DNA of 64,000 nt from positions 354,020,001 through 354,084,000 of the forward strand of contig OZ024741.1 in assembly GCA_964016885.1 (NCBI GenBank), in the 5' to 3' direction. This DNA comes from Eledone cirrhosa (taxonomy: Eukaryota). The translations under genes were made by a program, and so were the position numbers. Every line of letters starts with the position of its first letter. Within the stretch, counting starts at the first letter, position 1. Shown piece after piece: positions 11,929-23,618 of this stretch. Under the pieces are notes generated by a model. The model did no database searches, had not been told where the DNA came from, and saw only the letters and a list, made by a program, of their open reading frames with translations.

Positions 11929-13927
11929 ATGGCTAATTCACCTCTGCACCAAGCAGCTGAAAGCCTTCCTCACAAATTAACACCTCACACCGACACCACC
12001 ATTGTAAATGTTACTACGTTTGCCAACACAAAAAAAATATAAGCAGTAGCAATATTTTAAATTTGTCTCAGGCAGACATTCATTTCCCGCCATTACCAAT
12101 GACTGCAGGTGTTAAAGCCTCCACCACCACCACCACCGCGACAACCACCACCCCCACCACCACCGCGACAACAGAAACAAAAGAAGAAAAAAATAAATTA
12201 ACTCGTGATGTCGAAATGAAATCAAGCAAAATGGACTCTTCCCCACCAAAGACGACTGACGTCACCACCACCACAACTGAAACTAAAATTAATATTAACA
12301 CAAATAACGATAGCAACAACAACAACAATGACATTATAAAACCGACCCTCAGTTTCGCCAGAGTAGCAAAACAGTTCGAAGCATTTACGGTAACTCAGGA
12401 GGATTTACAAAATGCCAAACAAATGGTAAAGAAAGATGGGTACAGGGTCAGCCTCACCATCCCCCCCCCTCCTAATAAAATGGAGCATCGGCGCCTATGC
12501 ACCGTGTCGTATAGAACAATAAATGTAAAATCGCGCCGAGTGGAACGGGCATCCGAGTCCCAAATCCAAAAAGCTTTGGGACATGTGTGGGCAAGAAAAA
12601 CCCACATCAGACGTGGGCAAAAGTATGGAACCGTGGACGTGTTCTTTGAAACACCAGAGGAGGCTAGAGAACACTCCATGGCCCCATTAAGAAGTGACGA
12701 CTTCACACTCGTCCCAAGCTATTGTGGCCAGAGACTCGTAAAGATCAGGGTGACCCACGTTCCACCGGCCATCGAAATTCCCTGGCTAATAGCGGCTGTC
12801 CTCGCCGGCATCGAAGCCAACACGAAAATAATAGCAGTAGCAAAAGAAAAGCAGGAAAACTGGTCCGGATCTGGGATGGAGCTCCTGATCCAAGCGGACC
12901 AAAAAAGCATTGAGGAGATCCCAGAGGTAATAGACCTCACTGACGGCAGCCACCTCACGGTAATTGTCGAGGGCAGAAGACCTAGGTGTGTCGTTTGTGG
13001 TGAAGGAACCCACCTAAGGGCTTTCTGCCCTCAGGCTAAAAGGTTGAGGCCACCTCTCCTACCCACCCCAGTGACACAACCATCAACACCACCAGTAGCA
13101 GAGATGGCAGCAACAACTGTAGCAGCAACAACAGAAGCAACTATAACAGCAACAACCCCAGCAACAGTAGCAAAACCAACACCACTACCACCACCAGCAA
13201 AACCAACACCACCACCACCCAACGCTTCAGAACTAGCACCAGCGCCTACACCATCCACCACACCACAACCAAAACTAACGGCTGTGGAGGATTTTCCACT
13301 CCCCGGCCTATCACAACTGGAGACAGATTGTGACGACGAGAAGTGGGAAACGATATCCGGAAAAAAAAAAGAAACCAAAAAAGAAAAAATTCTCTTCCTT
13401 CTCCCTCCAAAAACAAAACACAGAGGGAAACAAATAAACTAAGAAACAAAAAAGTTAGGACAGATATGCCACCATCCACACCAGCATCACCAACCCCATC
13501 AACCCAAACACCAACACCATCACCATCATTAACTCCAACACCACCATCACCTACACCACAAAAGTCACGAAAATGCGAAACAGAAACAAACCCACAACAA
13601 ACGCAAACAAAACAAAACAACCAAAACGATACACACTACACAGCATTAAATTTGAACAACAAGCAATTATTACACTACATCCAACACAACACCAGCATCA
13701 CAGAAAAAGACTACACAACAACCCCAAAATTCACACCACCTCCACACATACAAATCACTCGCATCACACAGAAAACGTACATGACACTAAAACAAAAATT
13801 CCCAAAAGACATCGGAGACTTCCGACAAGCACTCTCCAGGAGGATCTATAAGGACATCCTTCCTGAGGAGGCCACAAGCAGTGAAAAGGATGGAAAAACC
13901 GTCCTTCCCCTACGAGAAGTAAGGTAA
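11929..13927 (+). pseudogene. ORF1 of Tx1 copy 2 (RRM-like region + CCHC knuckle), frameshifted
   Basis: GQKYGTVDVFF and CVVCGEGTHLRAFC. Frame breaks at A-runs near 12030-12037 and near 13361-13370, where copy 3 has an extra G. Confidence 0.85.
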
Positions 13928-13961
13928 GTGGTCTTTCCCATCTTTTCCACTCCTTTTCAAC

Positions 13962-16900
13962 ATGACCTCACTCAGAATAGGCAGCATAAATGCGCGTGGC
14001 TTGGGGTCGTCATGGAAGCAGGGCCACCTGCTCAACGACCTCAGGTCACTAAACATAGATGTAGTGGCCATCAGCGAGACCAGAATCTCCGAAGCACAGG
14101 CTTTCGCACCGATCTTCGGCGGCTACGATGTGTACGCATCTCCCAGCCGTCCGGGATCGGGGGGAGGAGTTGCTGTGCTTTTTCGGAGAGGTTTGGATCT
14201 TGCCATACGGGCCATCTTCCTGGACCCAGAAGGTAAGTTGGTGGTGCTGGACGTGACCAGCGGAGACGGGCAAGCTTTCAGGTTAGTGGCCGTCTATTCC
14301 CCGACAGGAGCAGGGCGGCCTGATTTCTTCCGGCGTCTGGAGACCTTTCTTGGAACGTCCCGCTCTTTAGTGTTAGTGGGCGACTGGAACGGGATCTTAG
14401 ATGCACGCTGGGATTGTGTGGGATTAGTGGATAGGGAAGGAGGGTGCAAGAGTCTCACCAACCTGCTCAGGTGTTTTGAACTGTCTGACAGGTACCGAAT
14501 GAATTTCCCGAATGTACCAATGTGGACTTGGACAAATCGTATAGGGTCATCCAGATCATATCTAGATAGAGTATTTTGTAGGGAAATAGATAGGTCTAGC
14601 ATAGGCTGTCCACAATTCAAGATAGTCAGCTACACGGACCACAAATTCGTGATCTGTGTGCTTGACTTAGATAGGCTTCATAGACGAGGACCCGGCTACT
14701 GGAAGCTAAACGCGTCCTTACCAGCGCGCAAGGCCTACAGAGACCGGATTAGCGAACTAGTTAAGCGGGCGTTGACGGGGGCCATCGTCAACAACAAGTG
14801 GTGGTTTGCTCTGAAAAGAGCAATTAGAATAGAGTCCATTAGGTTTAGTAAGACTTTAGCAATAGAGAAAAATAGAGCAGAGGGAGAATTAGTTAGAAAA
14901 TTAGATGAGGCGCTTAGCAAAGGCATCGCGACCGACGTACTTGCGGCGAAATTGGCCCTTGACCAATTCTTCAATGCAAAGCACGAAGGCTGCGTTGTCA
15001 GAGCTAGGGTGCGTGCTCTCAGACACGAGGGGACGAAAGCCGTTCAATGGACCCGAGTGGCGGAGGCGCGTCGTGGCAACAAAGCCACGATCCGGTCTTT
15101 GGTGGACCACGACGGGCGCATGCTACTCGATCCCGGGCAAATGTGTGAAGCTTTTCAGCGACACTTCGCTCAACTGTTCAGGGGCAGTGGCGGGCCGGAT
15201 CGAGGGATGGACTTTAGTGTCTACCTCGACGGACTGCCGCGGCTTTCGGCCACTGAGGCGGAGTGTTGCGAAAAGCCGATAACAACCGCTGAAGTACGGG
15301 ATGCAATGACTAGTTGCACAAGGGGTAAATCGCCTGGTTTGGATGGTCTGCCCTATGAACTTTACGTACAAATGCCAAACTTGTTCGGAGGCCTCTTGGC
15401 GGACGTCTACTGCAACTGGCAACAGAACGGGAGAATTCCCAGCTCTGTGAGCCGAGGAGCGGTGGCGCTGTTGAGAAAGGATCCGAACAAGGGGGATAAC
15501 ATAGATAATTTTAGGCCCATAACTCTGCTAAACACAGAGTTCAAGATTTTGGCCAAGGTGCTAGCAAAGAGGTTGGCGCTTGTCGTTGGTGGTCTGGTGG
15601 GAGAGGCACAGACATGCGCCATTCCCGACAGATCCATCCACGACAACCTCCACCTCATGCGATACATCGTAGAGAGGGTAGCTAGGGAACCTGGCACGGG
15701 TGGATCTTTGATCAATTTAGATCAGTCGAAAGCCTTCGATAGGGTCGACCATCGTTACCTAACGGCAGTCCTGAGGGCGGCTGGCTATGGGCCCGTCTTC
15801 AGAGGCTGGATCGCTGCCATGCACAGCGACATCTGCTCTGTAGTGAGAGTGAACGGTCACCTTTCGGAACCGTTCAACATCATGCGCTCGGTCCGCCAAG
15901 GATGTCCCCTCTCGTCCCTATTGTACGTATTGACTCTCGAGCCATTACTGCACAAACTGGAGACGTTGAGGGGGGTCCCGCGCGAACTAGGATGCGGAAG
16001 ATCCGTGTCAGCATATGCCGACGATGTCACCGTAGTGGTGTCGAACGCCAAACACATCGAGGCGATCGGCACTACACTAAGAGAATACGAAGTGGTGACA
16101 GGAGCAATGATCAATCAGGAAAAGTCAGTGGGCCTGCAGCTCGGCACCTGGAGAGGCAGGCCCATGCCGTCCAACAGCGTCGTCGGGCGCTGGACGGACG
16201 GACCGGTTAAATTGCTAGGGGTCTGGTTCGGTCCAGACCTCCAGACGGACAAAAACTGGGACGAGGTGACGAGCAGGGTGGCTTCTCTCACCCAGAAATG
16301 GGCCGAGAGGAAGCTATCCCTGAAAGGTCGAGCGGAGGTGGCGAATGCGTACATCGCATCCGTCATCTACTACCGCCTGACCGTCGTACCTTGTCCTAAG
16401 GTACGCCTGACTGCGCTGGAGCGTTTGCTCTTTCGCTTCTTGTGGAAGGGACGCGCTCCGATGGTCAGGCGGTCCATCTGCTGTCAACACCCGCTACGTG
16501 GAGGGCTGGACATGCCGTGGCTGATGATGCGCAGACACGCGCTCAGGCTACGACATCTCCACCTCTTCCTCGACGGTGATCAGGTGTGGTCGCCGTTTGC
16601 AAGACACGTTTTTCCCCAGCTCGTCTCCTTGACGGAGCTGCAGTCCTGGGTCAAGCGAAGACCGAGAGGGAGCGCTTGGAAACTGGAATGTCTTCAGGCG
16701 CTCACAGCCCTCGACCAATCGGGCAATGTGATCGGTGGAAACTCCACTTTGGCGTTCTATAGGGGATTAGTGGAGGGGAAGAGCGACGACGTACTTGGAG
16801 AAACTCTAGGCGTCGACGAAAATCAACTAGCCAATCTCTTCGGAAGGACTTTCGGGCCGGGGCCTATGGACAACTTCCAGAAATCCCTGGCCTGGCAGTG

Positions 16901-17381
16901 CTACCGAGGAGCTTTGCCAGTTCGGGATAAACTCTACAGGCATGGAGGTGCCGTCAGCCGGGCATGTCCGAGATGCGCGCAGGGCGACGAAACCGTCCTG
17001 CACGCACTCGTCCAGTGTCCGAGCATTGCTGACTTGTGGGTTTATGTCGAACACCTGCTGTCACGTGTAGGACCTATCCAGCTATCAGCTGAGTCCATCG
17101 TGATGATTGCCCCGCCCCCTTCCTTTAGCCTGGAAGGGCAGGCAGTTTTTATCTGTCTGGTGGCCATGGCGAAAGAGATAGTATGGTGGACACATTTGAA
17201 AGGGCTGAAGACGAGCACTTACCTCTTCGGTGATGCCCTGATTAACTTTTTCAAATTTCATTTGAAAAGGAAAATCAGGGTAGAGAGGGAAGTGCTCTCT
17301 TCCCAGCATTTTGTTGAAAGATGGGTGAGAGAAGCAAGTATGGCCCGAATGAATGGGCCTTCTCTGAGTATGTGTCTGTAA
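13962..17381 (+). CDS. Intact Tx1 ORF2: APE endonuclease, reverse transcriptase and C-terminal CCHC, 1139 aa
   Basis: SINARGL/ISET/GDWN/YLDRVF/TDHK; KSPGLDG, FRPITLLN, DQSKAFD, QGCPLS, YADD; CPRC-ETVLHALVQC. Confidence 0.95.
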   Translation: MTSLRIGSINARGLGSSWKQGHLLNDLRSLNIDVVAISETRISEAQAFAPIFGGYDVYASPSRPGSGGGVAVLFRRGLDLAIRAIFLDPEGKLVVLDVTSGDGQAFRLVAVYSPTGAGRPDFFRRLETFLGTSRSLVLVGDWNGILDARWDCVGLVDREGGCKSLTNLLRCFELSDRYRMNFPNVPMWTWTNRIGSSRSYLDRVFCREIDRSSIGCPQFKIVSYTDHKFVICVLDLDRLHRRGPGYWKLNASLPARKAYRDRISELVKRALTGAIVNNKWWFALKRAIRIESIRFSKTLAIEKNRAEGELVRKLDEALSKGIATDVLAAKLALDQFFNAKHEGCVVRARVRALRHEGTKAVQWTRVAEARRGNKATIRSLVDHDGRMLLDPGQMCEAFQRHFAQLFRGSGGPDRGMDFSVYLDGLPRLSATEAECCEKPITTAEVRDAMTSCTRGKSPGLDGLPYELYVQMPNLFGGLLADVYCNWQQNGRIPSSVSRGAVALLRKDPNKGDNIDNFRPITLLNTEFKILAKVLAKRLALVVGGLVGEAQTCAIPDRSIHDNLHLMRYIVERVAREPGTGGSLINLDQSKAFDRVDHRYLTAVLRAAGYGPVFRGWIAAMHSDICSVVRVNGHLSEPFNIMRSVRQGCPLSSLLYVLTLEPLLHKLETLRGVPRELGCGRSVSAYADDVTVVVSNAKHIEAIGTTLREYEVVTGAMINQEKSVGLQLGTWRGRPMPSNSVVGRWTDGPVKLLGVWFGPDLQTDKNWDEVTSRVASLTQKWAERKLSLKGRAEVANAYIASVIYYRLTVVPCPKVRLTALERLLFRFLWKGRAPMVRRSICCQHPLRGGLDMPWLMMRRHALRLRHLHLFLDGDQVWSPFARHVFPQLVSLTELQSWVKRRPRGSAWKLECLQALTALDQSGNVIGGNSTLAFYRGLVEGKSDDVLGETLGVDENQLANLFGRTFGPGPMDNFQKSLAWQCYRGALPVRDKLYRHGGAVSRACPRCAQGDETVLHALVQCPSIADLWVYVEHLLSRVGPIQLSAESIVMIAPPPSFSLEGQAVFICLVAMAKEIVWWTHLKGLKTSTYLFGDALINFFKFHLKRKIRVEREVLSSQHFVERWVREASMARMNGPSLSMCL

Positions 17382-17851
17382 ATTAAAGGTGGAAAACTGG
17401 GAGAGGGCACTTGCCCTGGTGGTCAGGGCCACTGTGGTCTTTTAATGGGCTTTCTCCACAAATGTCCCTTGGAAGTCTCCCCCCTATTGGGGAATTTTTC
17501 TTTGTTATTTTATTTCAACCTCTGTTTTTTTACACGCAGAAATGCCCATTTGTACCGTCCTGTATTGTCCTGTACTGTCCTTAATGTCTACTTTATGTGA
17601 ACACTTGTGGTTAATAAAGAAAATATTATTATTATTATTATTGGCGACCCACGTAGTAAATCGTATCATCGTGAGCTCCGCAAAGGTTTGTCATTTCCGC
17701 TCATAAAAAATTGCCATTCATGGAAAATTTTTATTGTTAACCATATATAAGCGCACATACATTGTTTTCCGAAAAGGACGCCCAAAAAGATTGGGGCCTT
17801 GTGCCCAAAATTTTAACTTTTATTATTATCAAAAATTTCTTTGAAAAAAAT

Positions 17852-19852
17852 ATGGCTAATTCCCCTCTGCACCAAGCAGCTGAAAGCCTTCCTCACAAAA
17901 TAACACCTCACACCGACACCACCATTGTAAATGTTACTACGTTTGCCAACACAAAAAAAATATAAGCAGTAGCAATATTTTAAATTTGTCTCAGGCAGAC
18001 ATTCATTTCCCGCCATTACCAATGACTGCAGGTGTTAAAGCCTCCACCACCACCACCACCGCGACAACCACCACCCCCACCACCACCGCGACAACAGAAA
18101 CAAAAGAAGAAAAAAATAAATTAACTCGTGATGTCGAAATGAAATCAAGCAAAATGGACTCTTCCCCACCAAAGACGACTGACGTCACCACCACCACAAC
18201 TGAAACTAAAATTAATATTAACACAAATAACGATAGCAACAACAACAACAATGACATTATAAAACCGACCCTCAGTTTCGCCAGAGTAGCAAAACAGTTC
18301 GAAGCATTTACGGTAACTCAGGAGGATTTACAAAATGCCAAACAAATGGTAAAGAAAGATGGGTATAGGGTCAGCCTCACCCCCCACCCACCCTCCTAAT
18401 AAAATGGAGCATCGGCGCCTATGCACCGTGTCGTATAGAACAATAAATGTAAAATCGCGCCGAGTGGAACGGGCATCCGAGTCCCAAATCCAAAAAGCTT
18501 TGGGACATGTGTGGGCAAGAAAAACCCACATCAGACGTGGGCAAAAGTATGGAACCGTGGACGTGTTCTTTGAAACACCAGAGGAGGCTAGAGAACACTC
18601 CATGGCCCCATTAAGAAGTGACGACTTCACACTCGTTCCAAGCTATTGTGGCCAGAGACTCGTAAAGATCAGGGTGACCCACGTTCCACCGGCCATCGAA
18701 ATTCCCTGGCTAATAGCGGCCGTCCTCGCCGGCATCGAAGCCAACACAAAAATAATAGCAATAGCAAAAGAAAAGCAGGAGAACTGGTCCGGATCTGGGA
18801 TGGAGCTCCTGATCCAAGCGGACCAAAAAAGCATTGAGGAGATCCCAGAGGTAATAGACCTCACTGACGGCAGCCACCTCACGGTAATTGTCGAGGGCAG
18901 AAGACCTAGGTGTGTCGTTTGTGGTGAAGGAACCCACCTAAGGGCTTTCTGCCCTCAGGCTAAAAGGTTGAGGCCACCTCTCCTACCCACCCCAGTGACA
19001 CAACCATCAACACCACCAGTAGCAGAGATGGCAGCAACAACTGTAGCAGCAACAACAGAAGCAACTATAACAGCAACAACCCCAGCAACAGTAGCAAAAC
19101 CAACACCACCACCACCACCAGCAAAACCAACACCACCACCACCCAACGCTTCAGAACTAACACCAGCGCCTACACCATCCACCACGCCACAACCAAAACT
19201 AACGCCTGTGGAGGATTTTCCACTCCCCGGCCTATCACAACTGGAGACAGATTTTGAGGACGAGGAGTGGGAAACGATATCCGGAAAAAGAAAAAGAAAC
19301 CAAAAAAGAAAAAATTCTCTTTCTTCCCCCTCCAAAAACAAAATACAGAGGGAAACAAATAAACTAAGAAACAAAAAAGTTAGGACAGATATGCCACCAT
19401 CCACACCAGCATCACCAACCCCATCAACCCAAACACCAACACCATCACCATCATTAACTCCAACACCACCATCACCTACACCACAAAAGTCACCAAAATG
19501 CGAAACAGAAACAAACCCACAACAAACGCAAACAAAACAAAACAACCAAAACGATACACACTACACAGCATTAAATTTGAACAACAAGCAATTATTACAC
19601 TACATCCAACACAACCCCAGCATCACAGAAAAAGACTACACAACAACCCCAAAATTCACACCACCTCCACACATACAAATCACTCGCATCACACAGAAAA
19701 CGTACATGACACTAAAACAAAAATTCCCAAAAGACATCGGAGACTTCCGACAAGCACTCTCCAGGAGGATCTATAAGGACATCCTTCCTGAGGAGGCCAC
19801 AAGCAGTGAAAAGGATGGAAAAACCGTCCTTCCCCTACGAGAAGTAAGGTAA
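17852..19852 (+). pseudogene. ORF1 of Tx1 copy 3, frameshifted
   Basis: Same protein as copy 2, with frame breaks at the A8 run 17953-17960 and the C-rich run near 18380-18393. Confidence 0.85.
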
Positions 19853-19886
19853 GTGGTCTTTCCCATCTTTTCCACTCCTTTTCAAC

Positions 19887-22800
19887 ATGACCTCACTCAG
19901 AATAGGCAGCATAAATGCGCGTGGCTTGGGGTCGTCATGGAAGCAGGGCCACCTGCTCAACGACCTCAGGTCACTAAACATAGATGTAGTGGCCATCAGC
20001 GAGACCAGAATCTCCGAAGCACAGGCTTTCGCACCGATCTTCGGCGGCTACGATGTGTACGCATCTCCCAGCCGTCCGGGATCGGGGGGAGGAGTTGCTG
20101 TGCTTTTTCGGAGAGGTTTGGATCTTGCCATACGGGCCATCTTCCTGGACCCAGAAGGTAAGTTGGTGGTGCTGGACGTGACCAGCGGAGACGGGCAAGC
20201 TTTCAGGTTAGTGGCCGTCTATTCCCCGACAGGATCAGGGCGGCCTGATTTCTTCCGGCGTCTGGAGACCTTTCTTGGAACGTCCCGCTCTTTAGTGTTA
20301 GTGGGCGACTGGAACGGGATCTTAGATGCACGCTGGGATTGTGTGGGATTAGTGGATAGGGAAGGAGGGTGCAAGAGTCTCACCAACCTGCTCAGACGTT
20401 TTGAACTGTCTGACAGGTACCGAATGGATTTCCCGAATGTACCAATGTGGACTTGGACAAATCGTATAGGGTCATCCAGATCATATCTAGATAGAGTATT
20501 TTGTAGGGAAATAGATAGGTCTAGCATAGGCTGTCTACAATTCAAGATAGTCAGCTACACGGACCACAAATTCGTGATCTGTGTGCTTGACTTAGATAGG
20601 CTTCATAGACGAGGACCCGGCTACTGGAAGCTAAACGCGTCCTTACCAGCGCGCAAAGCCTACAGAGACCGGATTAGCGAACTAGTTAAGCGGGCGTTGA
20701 CGGGGGCCATCGTCAACAACAAGTGGTGGTTTGCTCTGAAAAGAGCAATTAGAATAGAGTCCATTAGGTTTAGTAAGACTTTAGCAATAGAGAAAAATAG
20801 AGCAGAGGGAGAATTAGTTAGAAAATTAGATGAGGCGCTTAGCAAAGGCATCGCGACCGACGTACTTGCGGCGAAATTGGCCCTTGATCAATTCTTCAAT
20901 GCAAAGCACGAAGGCTGCGTTGTCAGAGCTAGGGTGCGTGCTCTCAGACACGAAGGGACGAAAGCCGTTCAATGGGCCCGAGTGGCGGAGGCGCGTCGTG
21001 GCAACAAAGCCACGATCCGGTCTTTGGTGGACCACGACGGGCGCATGCTACTCAATCCCGGGCAAATGTGTGAAGCTTTTCAGCGACACTTCGCTCAACT
21101 GTTCGGGGGCAGTGGCGGGCCGGATCGAGGGATGGACTTTAGTGTCTACCTCGACGGACTGCCGCGGCTTTCGGCCACTGAGGCGGAGTGTTGCGAAAAG
21201 CCGATAACAACCGCTGAAGTACGGGATGCAATGACTAGTTGCACAAGGGGTAAATCGCCTGGTTTGGATGGTCTGCCCTATGAACTTTACGTACAAATGC
21301 CAAACTTGTTCGGAGGCCTCTTGGCGGACGTCTACTGCAACTGGCAACAGAACGGGAGAATTCCCAGCTCTGTGAGCCGAGGAGCGGTGGCACTGCTGAG
21401 AAAGGATCCGAACAAGGGGGATAACATAGATAATTTCAGGCCCATAACTCTGCTAAACACAGAGTTCAAGATTTTGGCCAAGGTGCTAGCAAAGAGGTTG
21501 GCGCTTGTCGTTGGTGGTCTGGTGGGAGAGGCACAGACATGCGCCATTCCCGACAGATCCATCCACGACAACCTCCACCTCATGCGATACATCGTAGAGA
21601 GGGTAGCTAAGGAACCTGGCACGGGTGGGTCTTTGATCAATTTAGATCAGTCGAAAGCCTTCGATAGGGTCGACTATCGTTACCTAGCGGCAGTCCTGGG
21701 GGCGGCTGGCTTTGGGCCCGTCTTCAGAGGCTGGATCGTTGCCATGCACAGCGATATCTACTCTGTAGTGAGAGTGAACGGTCACCTTTCGGAACCGTTC
21801 AACATCATGCGCTCGGTCCGCCAAGGATGTCCCCTCTCGTCCCTATTGTACGTATTGACTCTCGAGCCATTACTGCACAAACTGGAGACGTTGAGGGGGG
21901 TCCCGCGCGAACTAGGATGCGGAAGATCCGTGTCAGCATATGCCGACGATGTCACCGTAGTGGTGTTGAACGCCAAACACATCGAGGCGATCGGCACTAC
22001 ACTAAGAGAATACGAAGCGGTGACAGGAGCAATGATCAACCAGAAAAGTCAGTGGGCCTGCAGCTCGGCACCTGGAGAGGCAGGTCCATGCCGTCCAACA
22101 GCGTCGTCGGGCGCTGGACGGACGGACCGGTTAAATTGCTAGGGGTCTGGTTCGGTCCAGACCTCCAGACGGACAAAAACTGGGACGAGGTGACGAGCAG
22201 GGTGGCTTCTCTCACCCAGAAATGGGCCGAGAGGAAGCTATCCCTGAAAGGTCGAGCGGAGGTGGCGAATGCGTACATCGCATCCGTCATCTACTACCGC
22301 CTGACCGTCGTACCTTGTCCTAAGGTACGCCTGACTGCGCTGGAGCGTTTGCTCTTTCGCTTCTTGTGGAAGGGACGCGCTCCGATGGTCAGGCGGTCCA
22401 TCTGCTGTCAACACCCGCTACGTGGAGGGCTGGGCATGCCGTGGCTGATGATGCGCAGACACGCGCTCAGGCTACGACATCTCCACCTCTTCCTCGACAG
22501 TGATCAGGTGTGGTCGCCGTTTGCGAGACGCGTTTTTCCCCAGCTCGTCTCCTTGACGGAGCTGCAGTCCTGGGTCAAGCGAAGACCGAGAGGGAGCGCT
22601 TGGAGACTGGAATGTCTTCAGGCGCTCACAGCCCTCGACCAATCGGGCAATGTGATCGGTGGAAACTCCACCTTGGCGTTCTATAGGGGATTAGTGGAGG
22701 GGAAGAGCGACGACGTACTTGGAGAAACTCTAGGCGTCGACGAAAATCAACTAGCCAATCTCTTCGGAAGGACTTTCGGGCCGGGGCCTATGGACAACTT

Positions 22801-23305
22801 CCAGAAATCCCTGGCCTGGCAGTGCTACCGAGGAGCTTTGCCAGTTCGGGATAAACTCTACAGGCATGGAGGTGCCGTCAGCCGGGCATGTCCGAGATGC
22901 GCGCAGGGCGACGAAACCGTCCTGCACGCACTCGTCCAGTGTCCGAGCATTGCTGACTTGTGGGTTTATGTCGAACACCTGCTGTCACGTGTAGGACCTA
23001 TCCAGCTATCAGCTGAGTCCATCGTGAGGATTGCCCCGCCCCCTTCCTTTAGCCTGGAAGGGCAGGCAGTTTTTATCTGTCTGGTGGCCATGGCGAAAGA
23101 GATAGTATGGTGGACACGTTTGAAAGGGCTGAAGACGAGCACTTACCTCTTCGGTGATGCCCTGATTAACTTTTTCAAATTTCATTTGAAAAGGAAAATC
23201 AGGGTAGAGAGGGAAGTGCTCTCTTCCCAGCATTTTGTTGAAAGATGGGTGAGAGAAGCAAGTATGGCCCGAATGAATGGGCCTTCTCTGAGTATGTGTC
23301 TGTAA
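19887..23305 (+). pseudogene. ORF2 of Tx1 copy 3 with a single 1-bp deletion near 22043
   Basis: ATCAACCAGAAAAGTC versus ATCAATCAGGAAAAGTC in copy 2. The two listed ORFs join into the same 1139-aa protein. Confidence 0.92.
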
Positions 23306-23547
23306 ATTAAAGGTGGAAAACTGGGAGAGGGCACTTGCCCTGGTGGTCAGGGCCACTGTGGTCTTTTAATGGGCTTTCTCCACAAATGTCCCTTGGATGT
23401 CTCCCCCCTATTGGGGAATTTTTCTTTGTTATTTTATTTCAACCTCTGTTTTTTTACACGCAGAAATGCCCATTTGTACCGTCCTGTATTGTCCTGTACT
23501 GTCCTTAATGTCTACTTTATGTGAACCCTTGTGGTTAATAAAGAAAA

Positions 23548-23548
<1 letters not shown>

Positions 23549-23617
<69 letters not shown>
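23549..23617. repeat. (ATT)n tract, also the probable 3' (AAT)n tail of the adjacent RTE element
   Basis: Seen directly; it abuts the RTE 3' end on the minus strand. Confidence 0.9.

Positions 23618-23618
<1 letters not shown>

Larger units (their letters stand above)
11720..17623 (+). mobile_element. Tx1/L1-clade LINE, copy 2, full length (about 5.9 kb)
   Basis: 5'UTR, ORF1, ORF2 and a 3'UTR ending AATAAAGAAAA, flanked on both sides by (ATT)n. Confidence 0.96.
17643..23548 (+). mobile_element. Tx1/L1-clade LINE, copy 3, full length, head-to-tail with copy 2
   Basis: Near-identical to 11720-17623 and separated from it by only about 19 bp of (ATT)n. Confidence 0.96.
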
